A stretch of 64,000 nucleotides of DNA, taken from Candidatus Aenigmatarchaeota archaeon. GTDB lineage: Archaea; Aenigmatarchaeota; Aenigmatarchaeia; GW2011-AR5. Positions 45,159 to 53,481 of the stretch are shown here, piece after piece; position 1 is the stretch's first letter; the number at the start of each line of letters is the position of its first letter. The translations under genes were made by a program, and so were the position numbers. The notes beneath the pieces are model-generated. The model had not been told where the DNA came from, made no database searches, and saw only the letters and a list, made by a program, of their open reading frames with translations. The DNA lies in NCBI GenBank assembly GCA_016187335.1, contig JACPJW010000001.1:671159-735158 (forward strand), in the 5' to 3' direction.

Positions 45159-45500
45159 TGGGCCCGACGGGAAATTCGAAGCACGTTGCCACGACATGCT
45201 TATTCGAACCCGCGACAGGCGGCTATCTTTCAAGGAGAAGAAACGGAACAGCTTGAAGCACTTCGTGCTTCGGTTTCCTTCCTCTCCTTTGAACCTCATT
45301 TCCTCATATTACCGAACGAATTCGGCTTCGGATCTTTTATCTTTTTGATCAAACTTTTTTCCAAAAAGTTTGCATGATAAAAGGCCGCTACTCTACCAGG
45401 TTTCTCGCAACCCCAGTCTTCCTGTAATATCTTCGCATGTTCTTTGGGACATGCAAAGACCTTTCTTACAAGAAAGGGATTTGCACTGAGCTACAGGCCC
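45159..45500 (-). tRNA. tRNA-Lys(TTT) with three introns (342-nt gene)
   Basis: Exons 45500-45485, 45398-45378, 45224-45202 and 45171-45159 join to a 73-nt cloverleaf. Acceptor GGGCCTG/CGGGCCC, D stem GCTC/GAGT, anticodon stem GCGGC/GCCGC, loop CTTTTAA, T arm GCGGG-TTCGAAT-CCCGT, A73. Introns are about 86 nt (D loop), 153 nt (37/38) and 30 nt (T loop). Confidence 0.75.
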
Positions 45501-45501
45501 G

Positions 45502-45721
45502 CGCCTTGGCCGGGATATTCGGAACTTTCCCTTTTCCTCGAAGAACGTTAGTTCTTCGGGATCTTGGAGAACTTTCGTTCTCCACAGATGATTGAACTTT
45601 TTGGAAAAGTTCATTCGAACCCGGGTCGTAGCCGTTCTATGATTTTTCCGTTGACGCTTTTGCTCGCCAGCGGAAAAGGGTCATGACAGGGCTACATGCT
45701 AGACCGCTACACCACCAAGGC
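45502..45721 (-). tRNA. tRNA-Asp(GTC) with two introns
   Basis: Exons 45721-45684, 45634-45613 and 45514-45502 join to 73 nt. Acceptor GCCTTGG/CCAAGGC, TGGTGTAG D region, anticodon stem TAGCC/GGCTA, loop CTGTCAC, T arm CCGGG-TTCGAAT-CCCGG, G73. Introns are 49 nt (37/38) and 98 nt (T loop). Confidence 0.8.
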
Positions 45722-45722
45722 A

Positions 45723-45992
45723 TTATCTCCACATTAGGTAGCTTTTCATGTCATCCGTTGGTACAGTAACAACAAAATCACAAGGCTTGCCAGCTATTCG
45801 CATCACATCGCCCTGCGCATCATTAATCCTTCCCAGGGTTTTTTCGTCAAGCTCATCCACAATAGCGTATACAATCAAATGTCCGTCCGATTCCTGCACC
45901 GAAGCATGCATGACCGTGTAAACATCTTTTAAGGCATCCCTGAAGGTATCGAAAATCCTTTCTGTTGGAACGTCTTGGATATTCACAGGCAT
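45723..45992 (-). CDS. Hypothetical 89-aa protein
   Basis: AGGTGA lies 8 nt upstream of the ATG. The stop codon ends 1 nt before the tRNA-Asp 5' end. Confidence 0.4.
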   Translation of the reverse strand: MPVNIQDVPTERIFDTFRDALKDVYTVMHASVQESDGHLIVYAIVDELDEKTLGRINDAQGDVMRIAGKPCDFVVTVPTDDMKSYLMWR

Positions 45993-46328
45993 ATGAGTTC
46001 ACCTAAAGACTATCAGAAAGTCTCTCCTCTAAGTTTTGAAAACCGTTGTAGAGAAATAAGTCTTATAACCATTCAAACCCTGCCGCGCGCCATCAATGAC
46101 AAATATAAGGTCAGCAACGTCCTGGCGTTCACAGCTTTCGCCATTACTTGCCATATCGCTGGAGAGCTTAACTTCCAGGTTCGGAATGGATCTGGGTGTG
46201 CCCTCTCCGCCTTGGTCGCCAACCACATTACTATTCAAGGATAAAGGATTTAAAGACTTTAAAAACCGTCAGGACGAAACAGGATTTTTCTGGGTAAAAG
46301 CCGAAACCCGCCTTCCGTTTTTCTTCAA

Positions 46329-46338
46329 TTTTAAATAT
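46329..46338 (+). promoter_or_regulatory. TATA-box-like element upstream of tRNA-Tyr
   Basis: TTTTAAATAT lies 33-42 nt upstream of the mature 5' end, similar spacing to the element upstream of tRNA-Thr. Confidence 0.35.
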
Positions 46339-46370
46339 GTCCTTCGGCGTATTCTCTATTGCAATTTAAT

Positions 46371-46561
46371 CCCGCGATAGCTCAACGGTAGAGCGCCCGG
46401 CTGTAGCTTAGCACTGCAGAACAAAGCTGTGTTATGATTCAGCAGCCGCTCACTAGAAACCGGGAGGTTGCCGGTTCGAAAGACCCTTTTCTTTTGGAAA
46501 GAAAAGCGTCTACGGAAAAGAAAATATTAAGGAAAGGGGTCCGAAACTCCGGCTCGCGGGA
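46371..46561 (+). tRNA. tRNA-Tyr(GTA) with two introns
   Basis: Exons 46371-46406, 46459-46480 and 46548-46561. C1-G72 pair (archaeal Tyr identity), D stem GCTC/GAGC, anticodon stem CCCGG/CCGGG, loop CTGTAGA, T arm GCCGG-TTCGAAT-CCGGC, A73. Introns are 52 nt (37/38) and 67 nt (T loop). Followed by a T-run. Confidence 0.8.
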
Positions 46562-46564
46562 TTT

Positions 46565-47401
46565 TTAAATTTTTATGAGAAGTTTTTTTCTACTACCGAC
46601 TTCTACCCTTTCTCCGAACTTGTCCATGTTAGTTGCCAAAGTTATGCGCCTGTGCGGAAATGCGTGAGAAAAATAATCATATGCAGTTCTTATAGTTCTG
46701 CCCTCACAAACGTCCTCGTCAAAAATTAAGATTCTTCTTCCGTCCGTCTGTTCCTGCAAATAACCCAATTCATGCTTAAGAATCCGAGGTCGTCTATCCC
46801 GTAATTTATCCATAGATAGACGAACAACATAAAACGAACTGGCTGGAGCTCCAGCGTCACAGTAACGCAAAAATACATCCATTCCAGGAGCCGTGCCGCC
46901 GTGCGCCATTGTTATAAAAAGAACATCACGGTTCTTGAAATAATCCATCATTTTTTCTGCTGTCGCTCTGGATCTTTCAGGCTTCATAGCGCTCCAGGTA
47001 GTCGTATCTTCCTGCTGTTTAACTTTTCTTTCCAAAAGCTGCGGACATTGGGATTCAATTTTTGAGCGGAAATCGTGTAGATGTTGAACACTCTGGGAAT
47101 CTGATCCATAGACCGCCAATCCAAGATCGATTGCATTTCTAACGAGATCCACATTTCCTCTCAAAGGGTATGATATCTTGAAATCCAATACAGCTCTTAT
47201 AACCCTAGGGGCGTGAAGAGCAATTATAACCAGATCCTTGGTATCTGGACGACTGTAACTACAAAGAGCTTCGAGTTCGCCTAAGACTTCGCGCAAATTA
47301 CCGGAATACGATTGAAGATGTAGAAATTCTCTGAACGTTTGGGGCATTGTACCGGGCGGGCATTCGCCGGCAATTTTATCGAATAAGGAATGGTAGGGCA
47401 T
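46565..47401 (-). CDS. Hypothetical protein with a PRTase-like C-terminal half
   Basis: GRRILIFDEDVCEGRTI resembles the PRPP-binding loop of type I phosphoribosyltransferases. The N-terminal half is not recognised. Confidence 0.4.
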   Translation of the reverse strand: MPYHSLFDKIAGECPPGTMPQTFREFLHLQSYSGNLREVLGELEALCSYSRPDTKDLVIIALHAPRVIRAVLDFKISYPLRGNVDLVRNAIDLGLAVYGSDSQSVQHLHDFRSKIESQCPQLLERKVKQQEDTTTWSAMKPERSRATAEKMMDYFKNRDVLFITMAHGGTAPGMDVFLRYCDAGAPASSFYVVRLSMDKLRDRRPRILKHELGYLQEQTDGRRILIFDEDVCEGRTIRTAYDYFSHAFPHRRITLATNMDKFGERVEVGSRKKLLIKI

Positions 47402-47487
47402 TTAGTTTTAGAATATAATAAAAACTTTAAATTATTGTAATCTGCGAGGGATTTTAAGTACAATTTCTGACTGAAAATAAGAAATCG

Positions 47488-48933
47488 TTATGAACTATTC
47501 CCCTTTCCCATCAGCTTCTTGATATGCCCGTGAATCTTTTGGTGCAGCTGCTTTTCCTCGCCCTGCATTTCCAGCCCGACAGCCGGCGTGTTGGAAAAGT
47601 TCTCCGTTTCCTTGTTGTTGGCGGCAAATACAACGCTCGCCTGCGGCAGGTTTATTGTCCCGCTCAGCTCGACTACGGGGATTATCTTGTACGTCAGAAC
47701 CCTCTCCTCGTTCGGCCGCAAGTTGCTTACGGCCCATTTCAGCTCGATGCCCGATTCGCTTTTTTTGCGCAAAGGCTTCGGTCCTTCCGTGTCTTTCATC
47801 TGGAATATTGTGGGGACGAAATCGTAAACTTCGGCGCTGTCCACAGATTTTCCTGAATAATTCTTCACCTCAACGCCTACGGTGAATTCCTCGCCCTCGC
47901 GGATGTGCTTTTTCTGCAGTATGTACTTTGAAACGCGCAGCGTCCTGAACCTTGTCAGGTACAGCCATAATAGTCCGAAAATTACGATCAGCGTATAGAA
48001 GAGCGGACTGTAGTCAAGGGAGTACTTTATGCTTGCCAGCCCTCCCGGAGCCACCGGAGGCAGGGTCCATACGTAGGTGTCGCCTTCAGTCCTTTCTGGA
48101 GGATCGCCCTTGAAGAAGTTTGAATCGAACTTGGTTATCTTTTCCGTCAGCAGCAGCGGCTCTGAAACATCATTTCCAACGTTCTTGAAAAGGAACACCT
48201 TCTCTTTTTTCAGCAGGTTTATATTTGTCGTTGTCATGTCCTTGAGCACAGCTTTCCTTGCGACGACGAATTTTTCCGTCGTGTCGCTCAAAACCGCTTC
48301 AAGCTGCGTTACCTTTATGCTGATGCTGTAGTCGCCCGGCGGCGCGTTTTCCTTCAGCTGGAATGATTTTTCCAGCGTCTTCACGTCCTCGGGCTCAAGA
48401 TTAAGCACGTCAGAGCTTTCGTATATCTTCCCTTCCGGCGAATATGCTGATGTTTTCACGTTGATGTTCTGGACCTTCACGTCGCCGATGTTCCGGAGCG
48501 AGAACCTGACGCTGACAGTCCCGGAAGGGATCAGGTCTCCTGTCAGAAAAACGCCTTCTGTCTCGATGCCTTCGCTTTTGTACACAAAGGCGTACAAATC
48601 CGCCCTTTTCCTTTCCTTCGTGCCCCGCGATTCAACGTCGAACGATATTTTGTGCAGCCCCTGGGGCACAGAAGATGACGGGGAAAAGAATACCGTGAAA
48701 TTCTCGCTGCCGCCTCTGCCTACGGAAACGATGGTCTTGTCCGTGGTGACCCACGTCTTCGCGTCAGCGGGGCTTACCAGGAAGGAATCGTCGGAATCGC
48801 TGCTTATCTTCACATGCGTCTGCCTCATGCCGCTTACAGGGACCCTTATGGTGTCCTGCGTGTACTCAAGGGTGTATGCAAAAGCGGCGCCGGCAAAAAG
48901 GAGCATGACGAATAATGCAAGAAGCCTTTTCAT
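47488..48933 (-). CDS. Cell-surface protein with Ig-like (CARDB/DUF11-like) repeats and an internal TM helix
   Basis: Signal peptide MKRLLALFVMLLFAGAAFA (start moved to 48933); beta-rich repeats; TM helix LFYTLIVIFGLLWLYL. Confidence 0.4.
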   Translation of the reverse strand: MKRLLALFVMLLFAGAAFAYTLEYTQDTIRVPVSGMRQTHVKISSDSDDSFLVSPADAKTWVTTDKTIVSVGRGGSENFTVFFSPSSSVPQGLHKISFDVESRGTKERKRADLYAFVYKSEGIETEGVFLTGDLIPSGTVSVRFSLRNIGDVKVQNINVKTSAYSPEGKIYESSDVLNLEPEDVKTLEKSFQLKENAPPGDYSISIKVTQLEAVLSDTTEKFVVARKAVLKDMTTTNINLLKKEKVFLFKNVGNDVSEPLLLTEKITKFDSNFFKGDPPERTEGDTYVWTLPPVAPGGLASIKYSLDYSPLFYTLIVIFGLLWLYLTRFRTLRVSKYILQKKHIREGEEFTVGVEVKNYSGKSVDSAEVYDFVPTIFQMKDTEGPKPLRKKSESGIELKWAVSNLRPNEERVLTYKIIPVVELSGTINLPQASVVFAANNKETENFSNTPAVGLEMQGEEKQLHQKIHGHIKKLMGKGNSS

Positions 48934-49056
48934 GAATAACATATTCCAGAAGCCCGTATATAAATGTTGCAACAGCGTGATTCAGGCGTAATTTTACGAA
49001 TGAAAAATTATTCCGCGGTCCGGTACTTATAAAGTTTTGAATTATTTCTCCTGATA

Positions 49057-49536
49057 ATGAGACGCGTAATTTCAGTTGCTTTGATTGCAGGAGCTTCCAT
49101 GGCCCTCACATTTACCTCTTTGGCTGCTTCACAACTGTCTTATCGGTCAAAAACCTTCGCCGCGGCAGCGCACGACGGTGCAAAAGATGCAAAGACTTAC
49201 ATTGAAGTCGGTCTTGATGAGCTGATAAGAAACCTGGGAAAATATCGCGACCAGCGTGTTTCAACGGTAGGATATGTCGGTAGTTTCGGAAAAGGAGTGA
49301 CTGGCCGATACTACCATATGTATCCGCGTGAGGTCGGAGAATTTTATTTTGGTACTGATGGTCTGGTCATTCTGGAAGACCCAGCGACCTCGAATATAGG
49401 AGAACTTATTAAAAAATCCGGCGGCTCAAGAAAATTCAAAGTCAAAGGCGTAGTCAAGGCTGATGAAGACGGCGGGGTAAGCTATTTTCTGAACCTGCAT
49501 AAGGCCGAGGTTATCCGGAAAAAGCGCCGACCTTAG
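49057..49536 (+). CDS. Hypothetical secreted protein
   Basis: Signal-like N-terminus; no family recognised. Confidence 0.3.
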   Translation: MRRVISVALIAGASMALTFTSLAASQLSYRSKTFAAAAHDGAKDAKTYIEVGLDELIRNLGKYRDQRVSTVGYVGSFGKGVTGRYYHMYPREVGEFYFGTDGLVILEDPATSNIGELIKKSGGSRKFKVKGVVKADEDGGVSYFLNLHKAEVIRKKRRP

Positions 49537-50198
49537 AACAAAAACCTCACCATCGCCGCGAAGATGAGCATGCTGCCTAGGTCGGCGACAGCAGTTGTCA
49601 GGGGTATCAGGAAGTTGTTCGGGTCTTCTTTCTTCCTGTAGATGTAGAATCCCGCTGTAACCGAAATGACAAATATAACCGTCACGAGAATTAGGGTGCA
49701 TATCAGCGAAACAAAAAGTATCTTTACCAGAAGCGCATAGCTCACGGCAAATCCCTTCAAATAAGATACTGCCGACGACATGGCAGATATGTAAACAGCC
49801 GAGAGCGTACCTATCTTCAGGACGTCGCTGAAAAGGTCGCGCATGTTGTCGGATTTCCACCATTTATTTGTTATCTGGCCCAGGTAAAGCGCAGTGGTGA
49901 AGCGCGACGATATTATTGCGCCGTAGTTGCCTATCATGCCGTTCATTGCCGGGAGCATTATCAGCAGCGGCATTAATGTAACAAGGCTGGATTGAATTGA
50001 TTCCAGATGTATGCCGCCTATTGTGCTTATGATGGCCGTTAAAAGTATTATTTTCAGGCTCTCCTTTACAATAACGACATGCACGTCCTTCCCCGGGCCG
50101 TATTCCTTCATGTAGAACATCGTGCGGTGATGCAGCCCGTGCTTCCTGTGCAGCCTCTTTATGTGACTCGTTACGGGCTTTGATTTGCGGAATTTCAT
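49533..50198 (-). CDS. MgtE/SLC41-like divalent cation transporter TM-domain protein
   Basis: PLTTAVADLGSM motif; overlaps the upstream paralogue by 4 nt. Confidence 0.55.
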   Translation of the reverse strand: MKFRKSKPVTSHIKRLHRKHGLHHRTMFYMKEYGPGKDVHVVIVKESLKIILLTAIISTIGGIHLESIQSSLVTLMPLLIMLPAMNGMIGNYGAIISSRFTTALYLGQITNKWWKSDNMRDLFSDVLKIGTLSAVYISAMSSAVSYLKGFAVSYALLVKILFVSLICTLILVTVIFVISVTAGFYIYRKKEDPNNFLIPLTTAVADLGSMLIFAAMVRFLF

Positions 50199-50755
50199 AA
50201 GATCACTATTGCAATCAGAATGCTGGCAACGCTCGCGATGTCTCCTATGGTTGTTATGTAAGGCCCCATTATGTTGTTCGGGTCATGCCCGTGCCTGAAA
50301 AGCCAGAAATTAGCCATGATGGTAAGCGGGATTTCAATAATGTTCGAAAGCAGGCCAGCGACAATGGCTACATAGATTATCTTTGCGTTGGTGATTCCAA
50401 AGAAATAATAGGAGAAAGCGAAAGAAACCAGCCCAAGCACGAGGCTGACAACAAAGGCAAGGATGACAGCGGCAATAACGTTCTCGCGCAGAAATCGGTT
50501 GTTTCTTGCCTGCGGTTTTGTAATCTTCAGGAACAATCCCGAGCTGAGCCGCGCGGACATGCTTCCAGAAATGGAGCCGCGCATCTCAAGAAATCCAGGA
50601 AGCAGTATGAAAAGGCCGGGAACGAGCATTATCTGGTTTGTAGCGGAAGCAAGCATGGTTCCGGCAACGATGCCGCCTGTCAGCGAGACAAGTTCTCCGT
50701 AGAAAATCTCGCGGAAGTCCTTGTGCATGAGCGGCCTGCCCGCACTTTTTTGCAT
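50195..50755 (-). CDS. MgtE/SLC41-like divalent cation transporter TM-domain protein
   Basis: GPYITTIGDIASV motif; 5 TM helices. Confidence 0.55.
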   Translation of the reverse strand: MQKSAGRPLMHKDFREIFYGELVSLTGGIVAGTMLASATNQIMLVPGLFILLPGFLEMRGSISGSMSARLSSGLFLKITKPQARNNRFLRENVIAAVILAFVVSLVLGLVSFAFSYYFFGITNAKIIYVAIVAGLLSNIIEIPLTIMANFWLFRHGHDPNNIMGPYITTIGDIASVASILIAIVIL

Positions 50756-50799
50756 AAAATATTATTGGTAAAAAGCGGGATATAAAGAAATTTAATCCT

Positions 50800-51276
50800 T
50801 TGTACTTTACTATATGCATGACTCAAAGTTTTACGGAATTAGAAAACACAATGGCAGTATCGGAAATACTTCAAAACCAGCCTATAGATTTTCTCGAACA
50901 GTTCGGAGAAGAACTGAGAAAAAACGGCGAATATTCAATAGTTGGATTAGGGTTGCCTTATGCGTCAAGATTGATAGATGGTTCTATCGAATACCTATGC
51001 CCAGTAGTTACTAAAGGAAAAACTCTTGGTGAATATTCAATAAAGCCTTCAGACCCATCTGACCCTTTGTCAGAATTGCTCGGGAAAAGAGAGGGCATTT
51101 ATTATATTGGCAAACATCCTATCGCCGCTCGGAACGACGTTGAAGAGGTATTTTTATCGTATCATAGAGACTTAGACGATTCATCTAATTCCAGACGCGG
51201 AGACAAATGGCACGAAATAATTTTCCCGAATATTATTGATGACAAGGCTCATGTGCAGACAAAGACTACTTCTTGA
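50800..51276 (+). CDS. Hypothetical protein
   Basis: ORF only. Confidence 0.3.
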   Translation: MYFTICMTQSFTELENTMAVSEILQNQPIDFLEQFGEELRKNGEYSIVGLGLPYASRLIDGSIEYLCPVVTKGKTLGEYSIKPSDPSDPLSELLGKREGIYYIGKHPIAARNDVEEVFLSYHRDLDDSSNSRRGDKWHEIIFPNIIDDKAHVQTKTTS

Positions 51277-51724
51277 TATCCGCAATAGTGGCATTCACCG
51301 CTTTCCTTATTGCGTGCGGCGATATTTTTATCAGATGCTGCTCGGAGCCGCCGCCGGCATAGCATAAGTCCATTTTCATGACGTCGCTGTCTATTATCGT
51401 TTTCAGCCCGGTGCCCACAGGCGGCACGGCACCGGCTTTGTAGCCTGTCAGCTTCAAAACTTCCTCGGGCGACGCAGTGTTTATTGTTTCGCCGGTGATT
51501 TTTTCTATTTTCTCGTGGGAAACCTTGCTGCCGCCCTTTACGATGCCTATCACGCCGGAACCGCTCCTGGAAATGAAAACAACGCTCTTGACAATGCGGT
51601 CTATGTCGATGCCCATCACGCCGGCAGCCATGCGCGCGGTTTTCGTTTCGCCGGGCATCTCCATGATTTCAGCGGGAATCTTGTTTTTTGCCAGAAAATC
51701 CTGCAGGTCAAGGTGGTCTTTCAT
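51266..51724 (-). CDS. YbaK/EbsC-type aminoacyl-tRNA deacylase
   Basis: KSVVFISRSG...TGYKAGAVPPVG is typical of the YbaK/ProX editing domain. Confidence 0.7.
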   Translation of the reverse strand: MKDHLDLQDFLAKNKIPAEIMEMPGETKTARMAAGVMGIDIDRIVKSVVFISRSGSGVIGIVKGGSKVSHEKIEKITGETINTASPEEVLKLTGYKAGAVPPVGTGLKTIIDSDVMKMDLCYAGGGSEQHLIKISPHAIRKAVNATIADIKK

Positions 51725-51801
51725 ATATAATAAGTAAACCCAGCATATGTTTTAATCCTTGGAGAACGCAGTCAAAAATTAAATTAAAAAATAAAAAATC
51801 T

Positions 51802-52023
51802 TCATCTTTTTCTTCGTCTTTTTGCTCCGCCAGCCGCTTTCTTAGGCTTCATCATCCATCCTAGCCATGCTCCTGCAACCAGCAGCACAACGCCCAGAAC
51901 CTGGTGAACAGAATGCTCAAGTCCCAGACCGAGGCCGTAAGACACGTGCATTGCGTGCGGAGCCAGCGCGTAGAACAGCCCTAAAAGTACCAGTACAACC
52001 CCGATAACTTTTTGTCCTTCCAC
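51802..52023 (-). CDS. Small two-TM membrane protein with a basic tail
   Basis: GTG start with GGAGGTG upstream; two hydrophobic helices; KKAAGGAKRRRKR tail. Confidence 0.35.
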   Translation of the reverse strand: MEGQKVIGVVLVLLGLFYALAPHAMHVSYGLGLGLEHSVHQVLGVVLLVAGAWLGWMMKPKKAAGGAKRRRKR

Positions 52024-52039
52024 TTATGGCACCTCCATT

Positions 52040-52062
52040 GCAACTTTTTAGAAAAAAGTTGC
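52040..52062. repeat. Member of the hairpin family
   Basis: GCAACTTTTTAGAAAAAAGTTGC, with a degenerate copy ATCAGACTTTTCAGAAAA at 52070-52088. Confidence 0.5.
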
Positions 52063-52135
52063 ATCAAAAAATCAGACTTTTCAGAAAACAGCTTCCTGTT
52101 GCTGAAAAGTTCCTGAATTTATTTGTTTTTGGGGG

Positions 52136-52143
52136 TTTATAAA
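52136..52143 (+). promoter_or_regulatory. TATA-box-like element upstream of tRNA-Thr
   Basis: TTTATAAA lies 37-44 nt upstream of the mature 5' end. Confidence 0.3.
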
Positions 52144-52179
52144 GAAAAATAAGAATCTTTCTCAAGATTATTACCTTAC

Positions 52180-52382
52180 GCCACGCTAGCTCAGTAAGCC
52201 CTTTTCTTGGAAAGAAAAGCGCTTGCGGAAAAAGAACATATTAGGAAAAGGGCTGGAGAATGGTAGAGCGTTAGTGAAATGACACCGCTAAACCTTGGTA
52301 AGGAACTTTTCAAAAAAGTTCCATCAAAACGGAAAAACCAACAAAGAGGTAAAGGCCCCGAGTTCGATCCTCGGGCGTGGCT
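52180..52382 (+). tRNA. tRNA-Thr(GGT) with three introns
   Basis: Exons 52180-52195, 52261-52273, 52293-52300 and 52347-52382 join to 73 nt. Acceptor GCCACGC/GCGTGGC, D stem GCTC/GAGC, anticodon stem TTACC/GGTAA (forms only after removing a 19-nt insert), loop TTGGTAA, T arm CCGAG-TTCGATC-CTCGG, U73. Introns are 65 nt (D loop), 19 nt (about 29/30) and 46 nt (37/38). Confidence 0.7.
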
Positions 52383-52387
52383 TTTTA

Positions 52388-52512
52388 TACAAGGAGAATA
52401 CCACTGTTTTCAAACAGTGGTATTATAATGGTATTCTCCTGTATAACATAATCCACAAATAACATATGTGGTATTTCTCCGAAATACCACCGACTTTAGT
52501 CGGTGGATTATG
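52388..52512. repeat. Cluster of nested, partly mutually exclusive perfect inverted repeats sharing a GGTAT/ATACC core
   Basis: Pairs: 52392-52403/52429-52440 (12 bp), 52398-52409/52412-52423 (12 bp), 52447-52456/52503-52512 (10 bp), 52468-52477/52481-52490 (10 bp), 52487-52495/52498-52506 (9 bp). Confidence 0.6.
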
Positions 52513-52540
52513 TTTATAAAACCCGACCGAATCATTAATT

Positions 52541-53062
52541 ATGAGAGTCAGTCTGTACATGGCAATGTCGGCCAATGGGATTATTGCAAGAGAAAACTAC
52601 GACGAGGATTTTCTTTCTCACAGGAACTGGGAAGTCTTTTGCAAACTTGCTGAAAACATAGGATGCTTCATAATTGGCAGGAAAACCTACGAAGTCGTAA
52701 AGAAATGGAAGGACTACAATTTTGACAGCGTAAAAGCGAAGAAGATTGTGGTTTCGAAAAATATGAATTTTGAATTAGACAGCGGCTATACCCCTGCAAA
52801 ATCACCGAAGGATGCAATCAGCAAGGCTTCTGCAATGGGCTTCAAAAAAGTTCTTCTTACGGGAGGAAGCGGAATTAACAGTGCTTTCATGAAAGACGGT
52901 TTGGTTGATGAGATTTTACTGAACATAGAGCCGGTAGTTTTAGGCAAAGGCATAAGGCTTTTTGCAGAAGATAATTTTGATTCTAGACTGAAATTAATTA
53001 ACACGAGAAAATTGCCAAAAGATATAATCCAGCTTCATTACAAGGTAAAAAAATCTAAGTGA
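52541..53062 (+). CDS. Dihydrofolate reductase-like protein (RibD C-terminal domain family)
   Basis: MRVSLYMAMSANGIIA...FIIGRKTYE...LLTGGSGINSAF...L.IEPVVLGKG. Confidence 0.7.
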   Translation: MRVSLYMAMSANGIIARENYDEDFLSHRNWEVFCKLAENIGCFIIGRKTYEVVKKWKDYNFDSVKAKKIVVSKNMNFELDSGYTPAKSPKDAISKASAMGFKKVLLTGGSGINSAFMKDGLVDEILLNIEPVVLGKGIRLFAEDNFDSRLKLINTRKLPKDIIQLHYKVKKSK

Positions 53063-53085
53063 AACAAAAAATAAAAACAAAAAAC

Positions 53086-53367
53086 TTATCTCATCTCTGA
53101 AATTCCTTCATAAATCAGGAACACGACTGCCAGCAAAGCTGAAACTGCCCCGAGCATCTCCAGCAGGTTCTTCAGGCCGTTGTAGACCCCGGAAAATTCC
53201 CCGAAAGGCGGTGTGAGGGCGAACACAGCTGATGCTGCCAGCAAAACTCCGGCACCCGCCAGGAACTTGAAGGCGCGCTCGCGCTTCTGCTTGTACTTGG
53301 CCCATTCTGCAAGGCCTGTTATGAGAAGCAGTGCGACTCCGAGTCCGACGGTTCCTTCAAAAACCAT
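53086..53367 (-). CDS. Small membrane protein
   Basis: Three hydrophobic helices. Confidence 0.3.
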   Translation of the reverse strand: MVFEGTVGLGVALLLITGLAEWAKYKQKRERAFKFLAGAGVLLAASAVFALTPPFGEFSGVYNGLKNLLEMLGAVSALLAVVFLIYEGISEMR

Positions 53368-53481
53368 CTTCTCACCTTATGATATTTCCTTTTTCCTGAC
53401 TAAAAAGCTTCCTTGCATTGCAGAAGCATTACAAAAGAATTACGGCTGCAGCAAGAAGCCAGACTTGCATTCATGTCTTGA

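Noticed and set aside
44988-45614. ORFs of 103 aa (44988-45299), 63 aa and 73 aa (45393-45614) in the tRNA region
   Set aside because: They run through tRNA exons and hairpin-rich introns. Their translations are low-complexity, and the region is fully explained by the two intron-containing tRNA genes and the spacer.
45000-45720. Possible CRISPR array, suggested by the many short palindromic repeats
   Set aside because: The hairpins differ in sequence and are irregularly spaced, with no repeat-spacer periodicity. They resolve into tRNA introns and a spacer, and no cas genes are in the window.
46029-46238. 69-aa minus-strand ORF (TTG start) upstream of the 89-aa ORF; possible two-gene cassette
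   Set aside because: No SD, a non-ATG start, competing ORFs on the plus strand, and no motif. Left uncalled.
52468-52653. 61-aa plus-strand ORF overlapping the inverted-repeat array and the DHFR-like gene start
   Set aside because: It starts inside the palindromes, is out of frame with the well-supported DHFR-like ORF, and has no SD.
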